This document shows positions 52,941-64,000 of a DNA stretch of 64,000 nucleotides, piece after piece; within the stretch, counting starts at the first letter, position 1, and every line of letters begins with the position of its first letter. The notes under the pieces are model-generated. The model searched no databases, was not told the origin of the DNA, and saw nothing but the letters and a program-made list of their open reading frames with translations. The position numbers and the translations under genes are program-made. Source of the DNA: Raja brachyura (Eukaryota); contig OY740798.1 of the NCBI GenBank assembly GCA_963514005.1, positions 32,612,001 through 32,676,000 on the forward strand. The letters run 5' to 3'.

Positions 52941-53379
52941 TCTGGTCATTAACACAGTAGGACTACCTGTACCTAAATAGGATGATGTTTAAACAACAGT
53001 GGCTCTACTGGAAAAGTACTTCATTTGTTGCGATTTGCTGTGGAATATCCTGGATGAGGAGCATTGCACAAGTCAAGCGTTCCTTCATATCTTAATTTCG
53101 GCCAAATCGCCACAGATTCAGTCTGCGCACTAAATCCGTGTACTTTTTAAACTGTTCCTCCTTAATAACTCAATTTCTGTTTGCAAGATTTATTGCTTTC
53201 TGCATGTTATTTTTAAAGAAAATATCAGGTACATTCTTAATTCGAACACACAGATTAATTTGCGATTGGGTAGTTTCGACCGAGTTGAAAATCGGGTTTC
53301 TCGTTTATGGAAATCGAAGTATTTTAGCTTTGAACAATGTTCAAATAACCTTATTATAATCAGACTTTAGACTCAATCA

Positions 53380-53760
53380 CTGCGTGAACAGACCGATTCA
53401 GGATATCAGACCAGGATAAAGCTGTGCGGTGTTCGGTTGCAAACTTGGAGATGGTTTACTGCGCACCGCTCTCAGCGATTCAACTCCCGGGCCATTCGCA
53501 TTGTTGCAATTTTATATTGTAAATAATGGTCGGGAAATGCCTTATAAGGCAGCGTGTGGACGGACTACCAGGGAAGTCTGAACTGCCTGCACTTCGACAG
53601 CAGTGAGCTGCGAGTAGCCATATACGGGCAAAGCGCAGCATTCACTAGAGAATCTCTCAGTTGCCACACAGCCCCACCGCGTGTTAGCCAGATGCTTCTG
53701 CAGGTACTGGACTAGCACGTTGGTGCCATGAAAGGCGTTTTCACAATAGCTCGGCGACAA
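53380..53760. promoter_or_regulatory. CpG-rich segment with CArG boxes (candidate SRF-responsive element)
   Basis: CCTTATAAGG at 53540-53549 with GGAA just upstream; CArG-like CCATATACGG at 53618-53627; locally high CpG. Confidence 0.45.
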
Positions 53761-54175
53761 AGAAATGCTGGTTTACAAAAAAAAAAGACTGGAGTAAGTC
53801 AGCGGGCCAAGCAGAATCTCAGGCTAGGTGGTCGAGGACCTTCTTCTTCAGAGTGATTCTCGTAGGGGGGAGAAAGCTGGAAAAGAGGTGGGGAGACAGG
53901 ATAAAGCCTAACAAGCGATAGGCGGATGCAGCCGAGGGAGCTTTGATTGGCAGATGGGTGGACTTAGCTGGAGATGAAAAGTAGACAAAAGGACGTCAGA
54001 TAGAGTGAAATGTAAAGCTGGAAGGAGATATATTGGTGGGTGGTGGGTGGGGGGTGGTCGGATAAGTGGAGCACAGGAAAGAGGAAAAAAAGGATGGGGT
54101 GGTACCCAAATTTGAAGAATTCAATGATCATACCATTGGGTTGTAAGCTACCCAAGTGGAAAAGTGTGTACCTCC
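53761..54175 (-). mobile_element. Penelope-like 3' remnant
   Basis: Minus-strand LFHLGSLQPNGMIIEF (GIY-YIG C-terminus) followed by the terminal repeat. Confidence 0.65.
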
Positions 54176-54319
54176 TCCTTTTCCCTTCCCAAACCCACAA
54201 GGCCCTCTAATACTCTTGCAAAGTTTGCAGGAAGAAAGGTTAGAATCCAGTGTCAAATCACCAATCCAAATTGACCCCCCCCCCCCCCCCCTTCCTTTGA
54301 CTATACCCATTAGAGTCGG

Positions 54320-54600
54320 AGCATAGAAAATGGCCCTTCAGCCCATTGAGACAATGCTGACCATCAAGCACCAACATTACACTTGTCTACGCAAATCCTA
54401 AGTTGTTCCCTATATTTCCACCGACCCCTCTCACCAACATATTAGGGGCATCGTGCTGTGTCCAATTACCCATCTGAATATCTTTAGGACGTGGAAACAA
54501 GTGCATCCAGAGGAAATCCAGGTGGTCAAAGGGAAAATGTGTAAATTCCGAACAGACAGCACTGGAGGTCTAAATCAAACCCTGACCACTGGAGCTGTGT
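54320..54600 (-). mobile_element. Degraded HE1-type SINE
   Basis: GGCCCTTCAGCCCA...ACAGACAGCAC...GGAGCTGTG. Confidence 0.55.
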
Positions 54601-54629
54601 CACACTTCATTTAAATCTACCAACCAATG

Positions 54630-54965
54630 GAAGCCTGGATAGAGAGGATGTTTCCACTAATGGGAGAATCTAGGACCAGAGGTCATGGGCTCAGAATTAA
54701 CAGACATTCTTTTAGGAAGGAGATATGGAGGAATTTATTTAGTTTGAGGGTCGTGAATCTGTGGAATTCATTGCCACAGAAGACTGTGAAGCCCAAGTCA
54801 ATCGATATTTTTAAGGCAGAGATAGATAGATTCTTGATTAGTACGGGTGTCAGGATTATGGGGAGAAGGCAGGGGAATGGGGTTGGGAGGAAGAGATAGA
54901 TCAGATATGGTTGAATGGCAGAGTAGACTTGATAGGTCAAATGGCCTAATTTTGCTTATCACTTA
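54630..54965 (+). mobile_element. CR1 3' end
   Basis: [19 protein letters not shown]...[11 protein letters not shown]. Confidence 0.85.
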
Positions 54966-55549
54966 TGAACAGACAACATTTGATATGAACACCAAGACTA
55001 CAAGAAAAAGTGGAAAGTTGCAGTTCCCTCTTTAATGTAATCCATATCATGTTGGGGTGATGACATTACTTGCAGAAAGCAGAATAGATGGAATGTGGAG
55101 TTTTACCAAGAAGATGAATTTAGGATTATTTAGCAAAACTACTGGGAGTACAAGGCGGAATCTAAGATGGAAGGGATGGCTATAGGCCGAGATTGGCACT
55201 CAAGGTGGTAAACAGAAACTGGCATGAATGGTGTAAGTGTGGACCCAGAGGGGACAACATGGAAACAAGATGGGCCACAGGACCTAGGATAAAATCCATC
55301 CAGCGGTTGGCTGAGGGTCAAAGTCCTGGTATGCCAGATTTGGGATCAGGATACGGACGATGATGATGGGAATCACAACAGGATGACGTGTATGGCAAAG
55401 TCTTGGCAGTGCATTCCAGATACTTACCATTCTCTGTGTAAAAAAATATACACACAACCCCACATGCCCTAAGGATTGAGGAGTGATTGGATAAATTGGA
55501 ACAAAAATGGTTTGTGAAAACCAACCTGAGTAAGTGGGCCAGGCGAGTA

Positions 55550-55629
55550 GCACAGCCTAAAGTTGTAGGACAACTTGTTCTATTTGATCTTCCGTTTGTG
55601 CACGTCGAGTTGATTGCATTAGTCGAAAC
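55550..55629 (-). mobile_element. Internal fragment of the same ribozyme-headed short retroposon
   Basis: About 80 bp nearly identical to 28002-28081; lacks the 5' half of the ribozyme and the tail. Confidence 0.75.
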
Positions 55630-56858
55630 TAGCATTCTCTGTTTTTGTTTCACCCTTGCAATAGCGCTTGAAATCAATAAATTCCTTTGGTTTTTATTTT
55701 GTAGATTCTTTATCAGTGGAACAGTTCTATAGCGAATCAGCAATAGCTAACATGGCAAGATCAAGGATTAGTGTGGTACAACTGTACATTCACAATACTG
55801 GTTGGAAAAGAATATCATTGCACATCAGAAACACAAGCAGAAAATTGTGTTTACCTCATTGCATGTTCCTTTCATTCAATAGGATCATGGTCGGTCACTT
55901 ATCTCTGTCATTTGAGGGAAGGCTATTCTCATCTCGGTCTTGAATGCTGACCTTTTATTTTGAGCCTGGCACAACCGAGCCATGGAACCGTCAACTACAG
56001 GCCTACCTTTTCAAGACCTGCAAGGTTTTTGTACATTTTAAGGATACTTCTCATTAATCTAAACTCAAGGCATAAGTGGCTCAGCCCCCAGATAGTAAAC
56101 CTGCCAATCAATCCGGTAGACATCTGCTGCGTTCCCTTTATTTAAGTCTGTTTTCCTTGGGTCAGAGACCAAACTTGTACACGATATTTGAGGAGCAAAT
56201 TCAATTGGGGCCCCGAGTAGTTGTCGCAAGATGTCATCTTGACAAAAAGGCCAACATCTTTCAGATTGCATGCTCTACCCAAATGTTAAATGTAAATGTT
56301 TGGCAATTTGTATACAAGGATATATGGCGAGCAATACAATATATTTTCATATGGCGAGTGATTGAAAAGTGCTGTGAACACGAGGTCTTTTCAATCACTC
56401 ACCATGTTAAAATACTCTGCATTTTTACTTAAAGAAAACCAAATCAGACAACCTCAATTTTCAAAATTCAGCCACATTCTTGACCATTCATTTAAGCTGC
56501 CTATATATGCTTGAGGTCTTCACTTCGTCCTCACACCCAGCTTCCTATCATATTCTGAACTTTTTTCGCCTCTTGCCTCCTCCTTTGACACACTCAACAC
56601 CCAACCCTTTCTCCTCCATCCCTTCATCATTTCCCCAACATTGACCCTTCTTTTCCTCCACCATTCTATAGACTCTCCTGTGGCTCTCTTTTGCCCATTA
56701 CTTCTATTTGTTAGTTGTATTCTACATACCTTCCACACAAGTACTATTGAGAAAATAGTACATGGAACAAACAGCAACTTCTCCTCCTCCACTGCTTCCT
56801 GTTACTATTGAGTGTTGACAGTTGCTGCAGTGGTGTTCCAACAATGCTGTCATTAATA

Positions 56859-59056
56859 CAGTGCCCTCCATAATGTTTGGGACAAAGACCCATTATTTAT
56901 TTATTTGCCTCTGTACTCCACAATTTAGAATATGTAATAGAAAAAAAAATCACATGTGGTTAATGTACACATTATCAAATTTTATCAAAGGCCATTTTTA
57001 TACATTTTGGTTTCACCATGTGGAAATTACGGCTGTGTTTATACATAGTCCCCCCATTTCAGGGCACCATAATGTGTGGGACACATGGCTCCACAGGTGT
57101 TTGTAATTGCTCAGGTGCATTTAATTGCCTCCTTAATGCAGGTACAAGAGAGCTCTCAGCACCTAGTCTTTCCATCACCTTTGGAAACTTTTATTGCTGT
57201 TTATCAACACGAGGATCAAAGTTGTGCCAATGAAAGTAAAAAATAAAAAAAAACATTATGAGACTGAGAAACAAGAATAAAACTGTTAGAGACATCAGCC
57301 AAACCTTAGGCTTACCAAAATCAACTGTATGGAACATAATTAAGTAGAAAGAGAGCACTGGTGAGTTTACTAATCGCAAAGGGACTGGCAGCCCAAGGAA
57401 GACCTCCACAGCTGATGACAGGAGAGTTCTCTCTATAATAAAGAAAAATCCCCAAACACCTGTCTGACAGATCAGAAACACTTTTCAGGAGTCAGGTGTG
57501 GATTTGCCAATGGCCACTGTCTGCTGAAGACTTCATGAACAGAAATACAGAGCTACACTGCAAGATGCAAACCACTGGTTAGCTGCAAAAATAGGATGGC
57601 CAAGTTACAGTTTGCCAAGAAGTACTTAAAAGAGTAACCACAGTTCTGGAAAAGATCTTGTGAACAGAAGAGATGAAGATTATATCAGAGTGTCTGAGTG
57701 ATGGCAAGAGCAAAGTATGGAGGAGAGCAGGAACTGCCCTAGATCCAAAGCACACCACCTCATCTGTGAAACACAGTGGTGGGGGTGTTATGGCCTGGGC
57801 ATTTATGGCTGCTGAAGGTACTGGCTCACTTATCTTCATCAATGATACAACTGCTGATGGTAGTTACATAATGAATTCTGAAGTGTATAGACACATCCTA
57901 TCTGCTCAAGTTCAAATAAATGACTCAAAACTCATTGGCCGACGGTTCATTCTGCAGCAAGACAATAGAAACATAGAAACATAGAAAATAGGTGCAGGAG
58001 TAGGCCATTCGGCCCTTCGAGCCTGCACCGCCATTCAATGTGATCATGGCTGATCATCCAACTCAGTATCCCATACCTGCCTTCTCTCCATACCCACTGA
58101 TCCCTTTAGCCACAAGTGCCACATCTAACGCCCTCTTAAATATAGCCAATGAACTGGCCTCAACTACCTTCTGTGGCAGAGAATTCCAGAGACTCACCAC
58201 TCTCTGTGTAAAGAATGTTTTCCTCATTTCGGTCCTAAAGGAATTCCCCCTTATCCTTAGACTGTGACCCCTTGTTCTGGACTCCCCCAACATCGGGAAC
58301 AATCTTCCAGCATCTAGCTTGTCCAACCCCTTAAGAATTTTGTAGGTTTCTATAAGATCCCCCCTCAATCTTCTAAATTCCATCGAGTACAAACCGAGTC
58401 TATCCAATCTTTCCTCATATGAAAGTCCTGACATCCCAGGAATCAGTCTGGTGAATCTTCTCTGTACCCCCTCTATGGCAAGGATGTCTTTCCTCAGATT
58501 TGGAGACCAAAACTGTACGCAGTACTCCAGGTGTGGCCTCACCAAAACCCTGTACAACTGCAGTAGAACCTCCCTGCTCCTATACTCAAATCCTTTCGAA
58601 TCCTTTCAAATCCCTGCTCCTATACTCAAATCCTACAATGATCCCAAACATACTGCTAAAGCAACAAAGGAGTTTTTCAAAGCTAAAAAATGGCCAATTC
58701 TTAAGTGGCCAAGTCAATCACCCGATCTGAACCCAATTGAGCATGCCTTTTATATGCTGAAGAGAAAACTGAAGGGGACTAGCCCCCAAAGCAAGCATAA
58801 GCTAAAGATGGCTGCAATACTGGCCTGGCAGAGCATCACCAGGGAAGACACCCAGCAACTGGTGATGTCCATGAATCGCAGACTTCAAGCAGTCATTGCA
58901 TGAAAAGCAACGCATATGCAACAAAATACCTTTATTAAAATACCAGATACCAGACTATGTGCACTTTCACCACATGTGATTTTTTTTCTACTTCAAATCT
59001 CAAATTGTGGAGTACAGAGGCAAATAAATAAATGATGGGTCTTATGGAGGGCACTG
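56859..59056 (+). mobile_element. Tc1 copy of the same family interrupted by a CR1 insertion
   Basis: CAGTGCCCTCC...GGAGGGCACTG termini; transposase fragments in ORFs 57673-57984 and the end of 58451-58903. Confidence 0.92.
57967..58634 (-). mobile_element. Young 5'-truncated CR1 (HER1-type) LINE nested in the Tc1
   Basis: Open 164-aa ORF2 C-terminus [15 protein letters not shown]...RGDLIETYKI; (TTTCTATG)n tail; ACAAT duplicated at the junctions. Confidence 0.93.
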
Positions 59057-59240
59057 ACACAAGTCACATGTGCTGGTGAAGGGAGATTATGACTGATGGA
59101 AACCAGGCTTTATACTGCCAGATACAAGGCTGTTACAGCACAACAATCACTCTGTTCAAGAAAAGGATCAGACAGTTACAAGACAGAAACTTCAGAATGG
59201 CAGGAGATGAAGTGAATGAGCAAGTTCATATGTTTAAGAA

Positions 59241-59432
59241 GGAAGATAGATAAAAATGCTGGAGAAACTCAGCGGGTGAGGCAGCATCTATGGAGCAAAG
59301 GAAAAGGTGACGTTTCGGGTCGAGACCCTTCTTCAGACTGATGTGGGGGTGGTAGGGACAGGAAGATGTGGGGGTGGGGGCCTCTTCCTTTCTTCTTCCC
59401 GCCCCCACCACCTCCTCATCAGTCTGAAGAAG
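59241..59432. mobile_element. Penelope-derived short element with partial inverted arm
   Basis: Arm with intact hammerhead core; TCTTCAGACTGATG...CATCAGTCTGAAGA inverted around a G-rich/C-rich spacer. Confidence 0.72.
59305..59338 (-). ncRNA. Minimal Penelope-type hammerhead ribozyme motif (intact core)
   Basis: Minus strand GU CUGAAGA A GGGUC UC GACCC GAA ACGU C AC: CUGANGA and GAAA boxes, helix II, palindromic ACGU, GUC cleavage triplet. Confidence 0.65.
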
Positions 59433-60394
59433 AGCAAGGTCATAAAGTGAGTTCATCAATATGTTGCGCATGTCATGCTTCCCTTTCTTGTATGTCTAAG
59501 ATCATGCCAATTCCAATCATTTTTGCTGCAATGTGAAAATAATGTAATTGGTAGCCATGATTGCCTTAGGTTCCTGCATTTGCTTCCACGATTGCCTGTT
59601 TGAAAATGTCATACAGGATACAGTAGAAACAAGACCCTGCAGCAAGTACCCTGACAGCTTGACATTTCAATTCAAAATGCTGGAGCTCAGGGTGCAACCA
59701 CCTGGAGGGCTTTAGGAGCAACTGATTGTGGTAGAAGAGGATTCAGATGGTGACCCAGATCTAAACGCTAAGGAGCCATGTTCTATCATCAGGGGAGGAT
59801 AGTACCTCCCTTCAGTGGCTCAGCACAGTAGCTTCCAGAAATGTACGGGCTTTGTAGGGCAAGGGCAGACTGTGAGTGATGTGACTACTAGGTGGTGATG
59901 TATGAAGAACTCCATATCTCCCAGGAGATTGCAATGCCAACAAAGTCAGAAGCAGTTCCAAGTTTAGTCAAGTCAAGAGAGTTTTCCTTCTCATTGCCGA
60001 GATCACAGAGAGCCTCGGGTTTCAAATGATGGATGCCACATGCTCAAGAGGCTTCAGCAGAAATGTGCCCTCCTCAACTCACAAAACAGAGCTTGTTCTG
60101 GTCAATTTGTTCACCGTCTCATTTCTGTGGGCTTAGAAGAGGGCTCTTAGAGGTTGTTATTTCCCGTAGAGGGTTTAAAAGAGAAGCAGGCGAATGGAGA
60201 TTGTGCACCTTATCACAGTGGCTTTAATTTTAGTCACACTTCCCCCCTTTACGATTATTTTATTAAAATAACATTGAAAACTGCAGAATTTAATATTTAA
60301 TAAGATTGATACATTCCTATCGCATGCATGCCCTCTGGTGGACAGTGTTAGAATCCTCATAGATCAGTAGAGTCATGCAATTAAACGGGGATGC

Positions 60395-61140
60395 CAAGAC
60401 ACTCACCTAAACAAGTCCTGTTTGCTCATGTTTGGCTCATATTCCTCAAACTTTTTCAATACCTGTACCTGTCCAAATGCATTTAAAAATGTTGCAACTG
60501 TAACTGCCTCTATAATTTCCTCTGGTAGCTTGTTCCATGTACACACCACTCTCCGATTGAAAAAACCTGCCCTTTAAATCCCCTCTCACCTTAAACATAT
60601 GCGCTCTAGTTTTAGACTCCCTACCCTGGGATAAAGACCAAATGCTGACCTTATCTATGCCCCTCCATTTCTATTAATTTCCATGAGTTCACAGTTGCAG
60701 ACTTTCTTGATAACTCAGTCCAGGCAACATTCTTGTGAATCCTTTCTACACCCTCTCCACATCAATCACATGCTTCCAGTTGGCAACCAGAATTGTACAT
60801 AACACTCAAAATTTGGTCTCATCAATGCCTTATACAGTTGTTACAACTCTTGATATACTGACCGATGAAAACATGCATGCCATATGCCTTGAATATAGTC
60901 ACAAATTGCTGGAGTAACTCAGCACGTCAGGCAGCATCCTTGGAGAAATGGAATAGGTGACCAATGCCATATGTCTTCCTCACCGCCCTGTCCACCCATG
61001 TCGCCACTTTAAGGGAACTATGAACTTGTACCTGTACCTTTGTTCATTCACTGTGGACATCGTGCCCTGGTTTAAAGCCCCAAAATGCATCACTTTGCAC
61101 TCATCCAAGTTAAATTCCATCTGCCATCCCTTTGTCAATT
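60395..61140 (-). mobile_element. Degraded CR1 fragments
   Basis: WQMEFNLDECKVMHFG on the minus strand; CR1 3' UTR motifs. Confidence 0.7.
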
Positions 61141-61575
61141 TTCCAGTTGAATGGAATAATGACACACGTTACATTTGGATGAGAGAAGCCCATTTTGCCC
61201 AGCAACATTCACTCATCCTGACCACCTCATTATGCACCCTACTGAGTACGTTACATGTGACCAGAATTTGCTGTGAAGCTGCTGTAAGTGTTTCTAATAA
61301 ACTGCAGCACGTGTTAAATTTCCATGTTTTGCTGTGTCAGTGCTTGTGATAGTCACCAAAAGTGTCCCAGAGATCTTCTCCCCACCATGTTCACAGGTAC
61401 CCTGCACTCTGGAGGGCTGGGATTACGAATGTTTCTGGCACACATTGCCGTCACCCTGCCTGGCACCAGAGCTTGGCCACCAGATGCAGTTCAACTACAT
61501 GGGCAGACTGGAAGAAGCTGCACTACTAAATGGTTGAGATAACTTTTGACAGATGCCAAAACCATGTACCCAGTT

Positions 61576-61822
61576 TAGCTTAGAGATACATTGTGGAAAC
61601 AGTCCCTTCAGCCCACCAAGTCCATGGTGACCTTGATCAACCATTCACACTAGTTCTATGTTAACCCGCTTTCTCATCCACTCGGTACACACGGGGGAAA
61701 TTTACAAAGGCCAAACTAGAGCACCTAGGGGAAAACCACGTGGTCATAGAGAAAGCATGTAAACTCCACACAGACAACTTGAGGTCAGGAGCCATATCGG
61801 GTCTCTTGTGCTGTGAGGCAAC
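61576..61822 (-). mobile_element. HE1-type SINE
   Basis: TAGAGATACA...CCCTTCAGCCCACC...AAACTCCACACAGAC...GCTGTGAGGCAAC. Confidence 0.75.
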
Positions 61823-62240
61823 AGCAGTATCAGCTGCACCACCCTTCTATAGGCTAAAGATTTTCAATGCTTCCAATCAACTCTACAATCAAAAATGACT
61901 TAAATTTAGTAGCCAGTCAAACCATTAAAAAAACTTACATTTTTATAACTTCCCATAATGCACTAGATACCATGTTAAAATATGTTTAAAACGTGTGGCT
62001 TTGCTCCCTCCATGAAGCTGTAAGACCGTTGTTGCAGTGAATGCTTCCACCACGCAGTCCTCCAAATCCACAGGCAGGATATGCAAACCCAAGAGGACAG
62101 ACATTGGAGAATTCAGTTCAGCAAAGTGCTTTCTGGACATTGTCAGCAGAACTCACCAAGCTCTGGCAGTTGTTGGCATTTACACCAGAAAATGTAGTGG
62201 TGTTCACTGCGAAACAGCCAGCATTGCTTACCAAGTCAAG

Positions 62241-62355
62241 CACAAAAAGCTGGAGTAACTCAGCGGGTCAGCCAGCATCTCTAGAGAAAAGTAATAGTTG
62301 ACGTTTCAGGTCGAGACCCTTCTTCAGACTGAGAGTCAGGGGAAAGGGAAACGAG
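62241..62355 (-). mobile_element. Penelope-derived short element, single arm
   Basis: GACGTTTCAGGTCGAGACCCTTCTTCAGACT core. Confidence 0.7.
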
Positions 62356-62899
62356 CAAGCTCACAGGTCAACGAAAATCCTACAATCACCGCAGATCTCC
62401 CTTCCACCACCATCTTATTGAATCAAAGGAGATTCACAGAGTGTAGTTTTGCATCAGTCGACTACAGTAATGATCTAAATACTAGTTTCATTTAGATTTT
62501 ATATTGTTAAGTACATCTAAGTTTGCTTCAAGAAAATAACACTGTGGTATATATATTGTTGAGGATATGTATGCAAAATTAATCCATTTGAAGGAGTGAA
62601 GGTGGATGTAATATTAGTGGGATACCTTTTATTAAGCAGGATTATAATTCAGGTATATGAAGTATTGTTATGAAAAGGGACAGATAAAATTGCCTGTGAT
62701 TACACCACGAATGAGGTTAGGAATAGGAGGATAAGGCAAATGTTTCCATGCATGAAGAGATTATGCAGGTGATCATTCAGCCTCCGATGTTTCACAGAAA
62801 CCAATTAAAATGAATACTTTGTCACATGTAACAAGTCACAGTGAAATTTTTCACTTGGAGACCCAAGGTATGAAAATGGCATCGAGATCGCAGTGCCTC

Positions 62900-64000
62900 G
62901 ATAAAGTCTCCAGCCATGTTCCCGATCCGCAGCCATGGCCCAACGGGATGCCTTCTCGTTATAAATACTGTCTAATCCAGGCCCTCAGAAATCCTCAAGT
63001 GTAGAAAGCATGCCCTTCTGCAGCCTCTGTACGATCGGCTTTGTTTGTGCTGGAAGGAAGGTGGTCCCACAAGACATGCGTGATGCTACCATCTAACACT
63101 CTTCAAGGGCAAGGGGGACCGCAGCGACTGTGATAATTACAGAGGGATCTAGCTGCTGAGTACCATGGACAAGGTTTTTGCGCAGGTAGTTCTCAACAGG
63201 CTTCAGGTGCTGGCTGACTGTGTGTACCCAGAATCCTAATGAGGCTTTAGAGCAGGCAGGTCCACCATCAACATGATCCTCTCAGGGCGACAGCTCCAGA
63301 AGTGCAGGAATCAGCAGAAACCACTCTACCTGGTGTTTATAGACCTCACCAAAGCCTTCGGCCTGGTGAGCTGAAAGGGACTGTTCCAACTGCTTGAGAA
63401 AATTGCCTGCCCTCCTAACGTCCGCAGCATTATCATCTCCTTTCACAAGAACATGAAAGGTACAGTTGTGTATGATGGATCCTCATCTGAGACCTTAGAA
63501 TCAACAGTGAAGCAAGGCTATACATTGGCACCAACGCTCTTCTGGATATTGTTCTCCCTGCTGATGACCTATGCCTTTGAGTCATCCCTGGATAGTGTCA
63601 GTCTACACATCAGGTCTGGTGGAAAGCGCTTCAACCTGGTTCGCTTGCATGCTAAAACAAAGGTGAAGGAGGTCCTCATCAGAGAAATGCTCTTCGCCGA
63701 TGATGCAACACTTGTATCCAGCACAGAGGAGAGTCTGCAGAGGCTCATTGACAATTTTGCCCATGCCTGCAAAGAGTTTGGACTCTCAATCAGCCTAAAA
63801 AAGACCAACGCCAGTGCGCAGAACATTAGCCACGCTCCTTGCATTAAAATCTGTGACCACATGCTAGAAGTGGTTGAGGATTTCACCTACATCCAATCTA
63901 GAATCTCCAACAACCTGTCTCTGGACACTGAATTCACCAGGTGAGTCGGGAAAGTGGCAGCCACCATAGCCAGGCTGGCTAAGAGGGTGTGGAAGAACAA
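62900..64000 (+). mobile_element. Degraded RTE-clade LINE reverse transcriptase region (runs off the window)
   Basis: NYRGI, GFRAGRST, LYLVFIDLTKAF, VKQGYTLAPTLF, REMLFADDA, FGLSISLKKT, with stops and frameshifts. Confidence 0.88.

Noticed and set aside
1-64000. Most short ORFs in the supplied track as independent genes
   Set aside because: The DNA is intron-rich vertebrate sequence; the ORFs are exon read-throughs, transposon fragments or chance frames.

Overview
Eukaryotic (vertebrate) genomic DNA, almost certainly from a cartilaginous fish (HE1-type tRNA/V-SINEs and their CR1/HER1 partner LINEs; skate/ray inferred). The window holds the 3' two-thirds of a myosin phosphatase targeting subunit gene (MYPT family, best match PPP1R12C/MBS85) on the + strand: 19 phase-consistent GT-AG exons from 781 to the stop at 46873, including two probable cassette exons and a 17-nt microexon. 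Introns and the 3' flank carry three Tc1 copies, many CR1 fragments, HE1 SINEs, a Penelope-like (GIY-YIG) remnant, an RTE remnant and two long degenerate minisatellites. The main hunt result is a 133-bp retroposon (27984-28116, - strand, 12-bp target-site duplication). Its 5' end coincides with the predicted cleavage site of a minimal CPEB3/HDV-like ribozyme and its 3' end is a (GAA)n tail, so it looks like a ribozyme-headed SINE-like element. About a dozen Penelope-derived short elements also carry minimal hammerhead cores, often as palindromes. All calls were made by eye, without alignment or folding tools; transposon boundaries are approximate.
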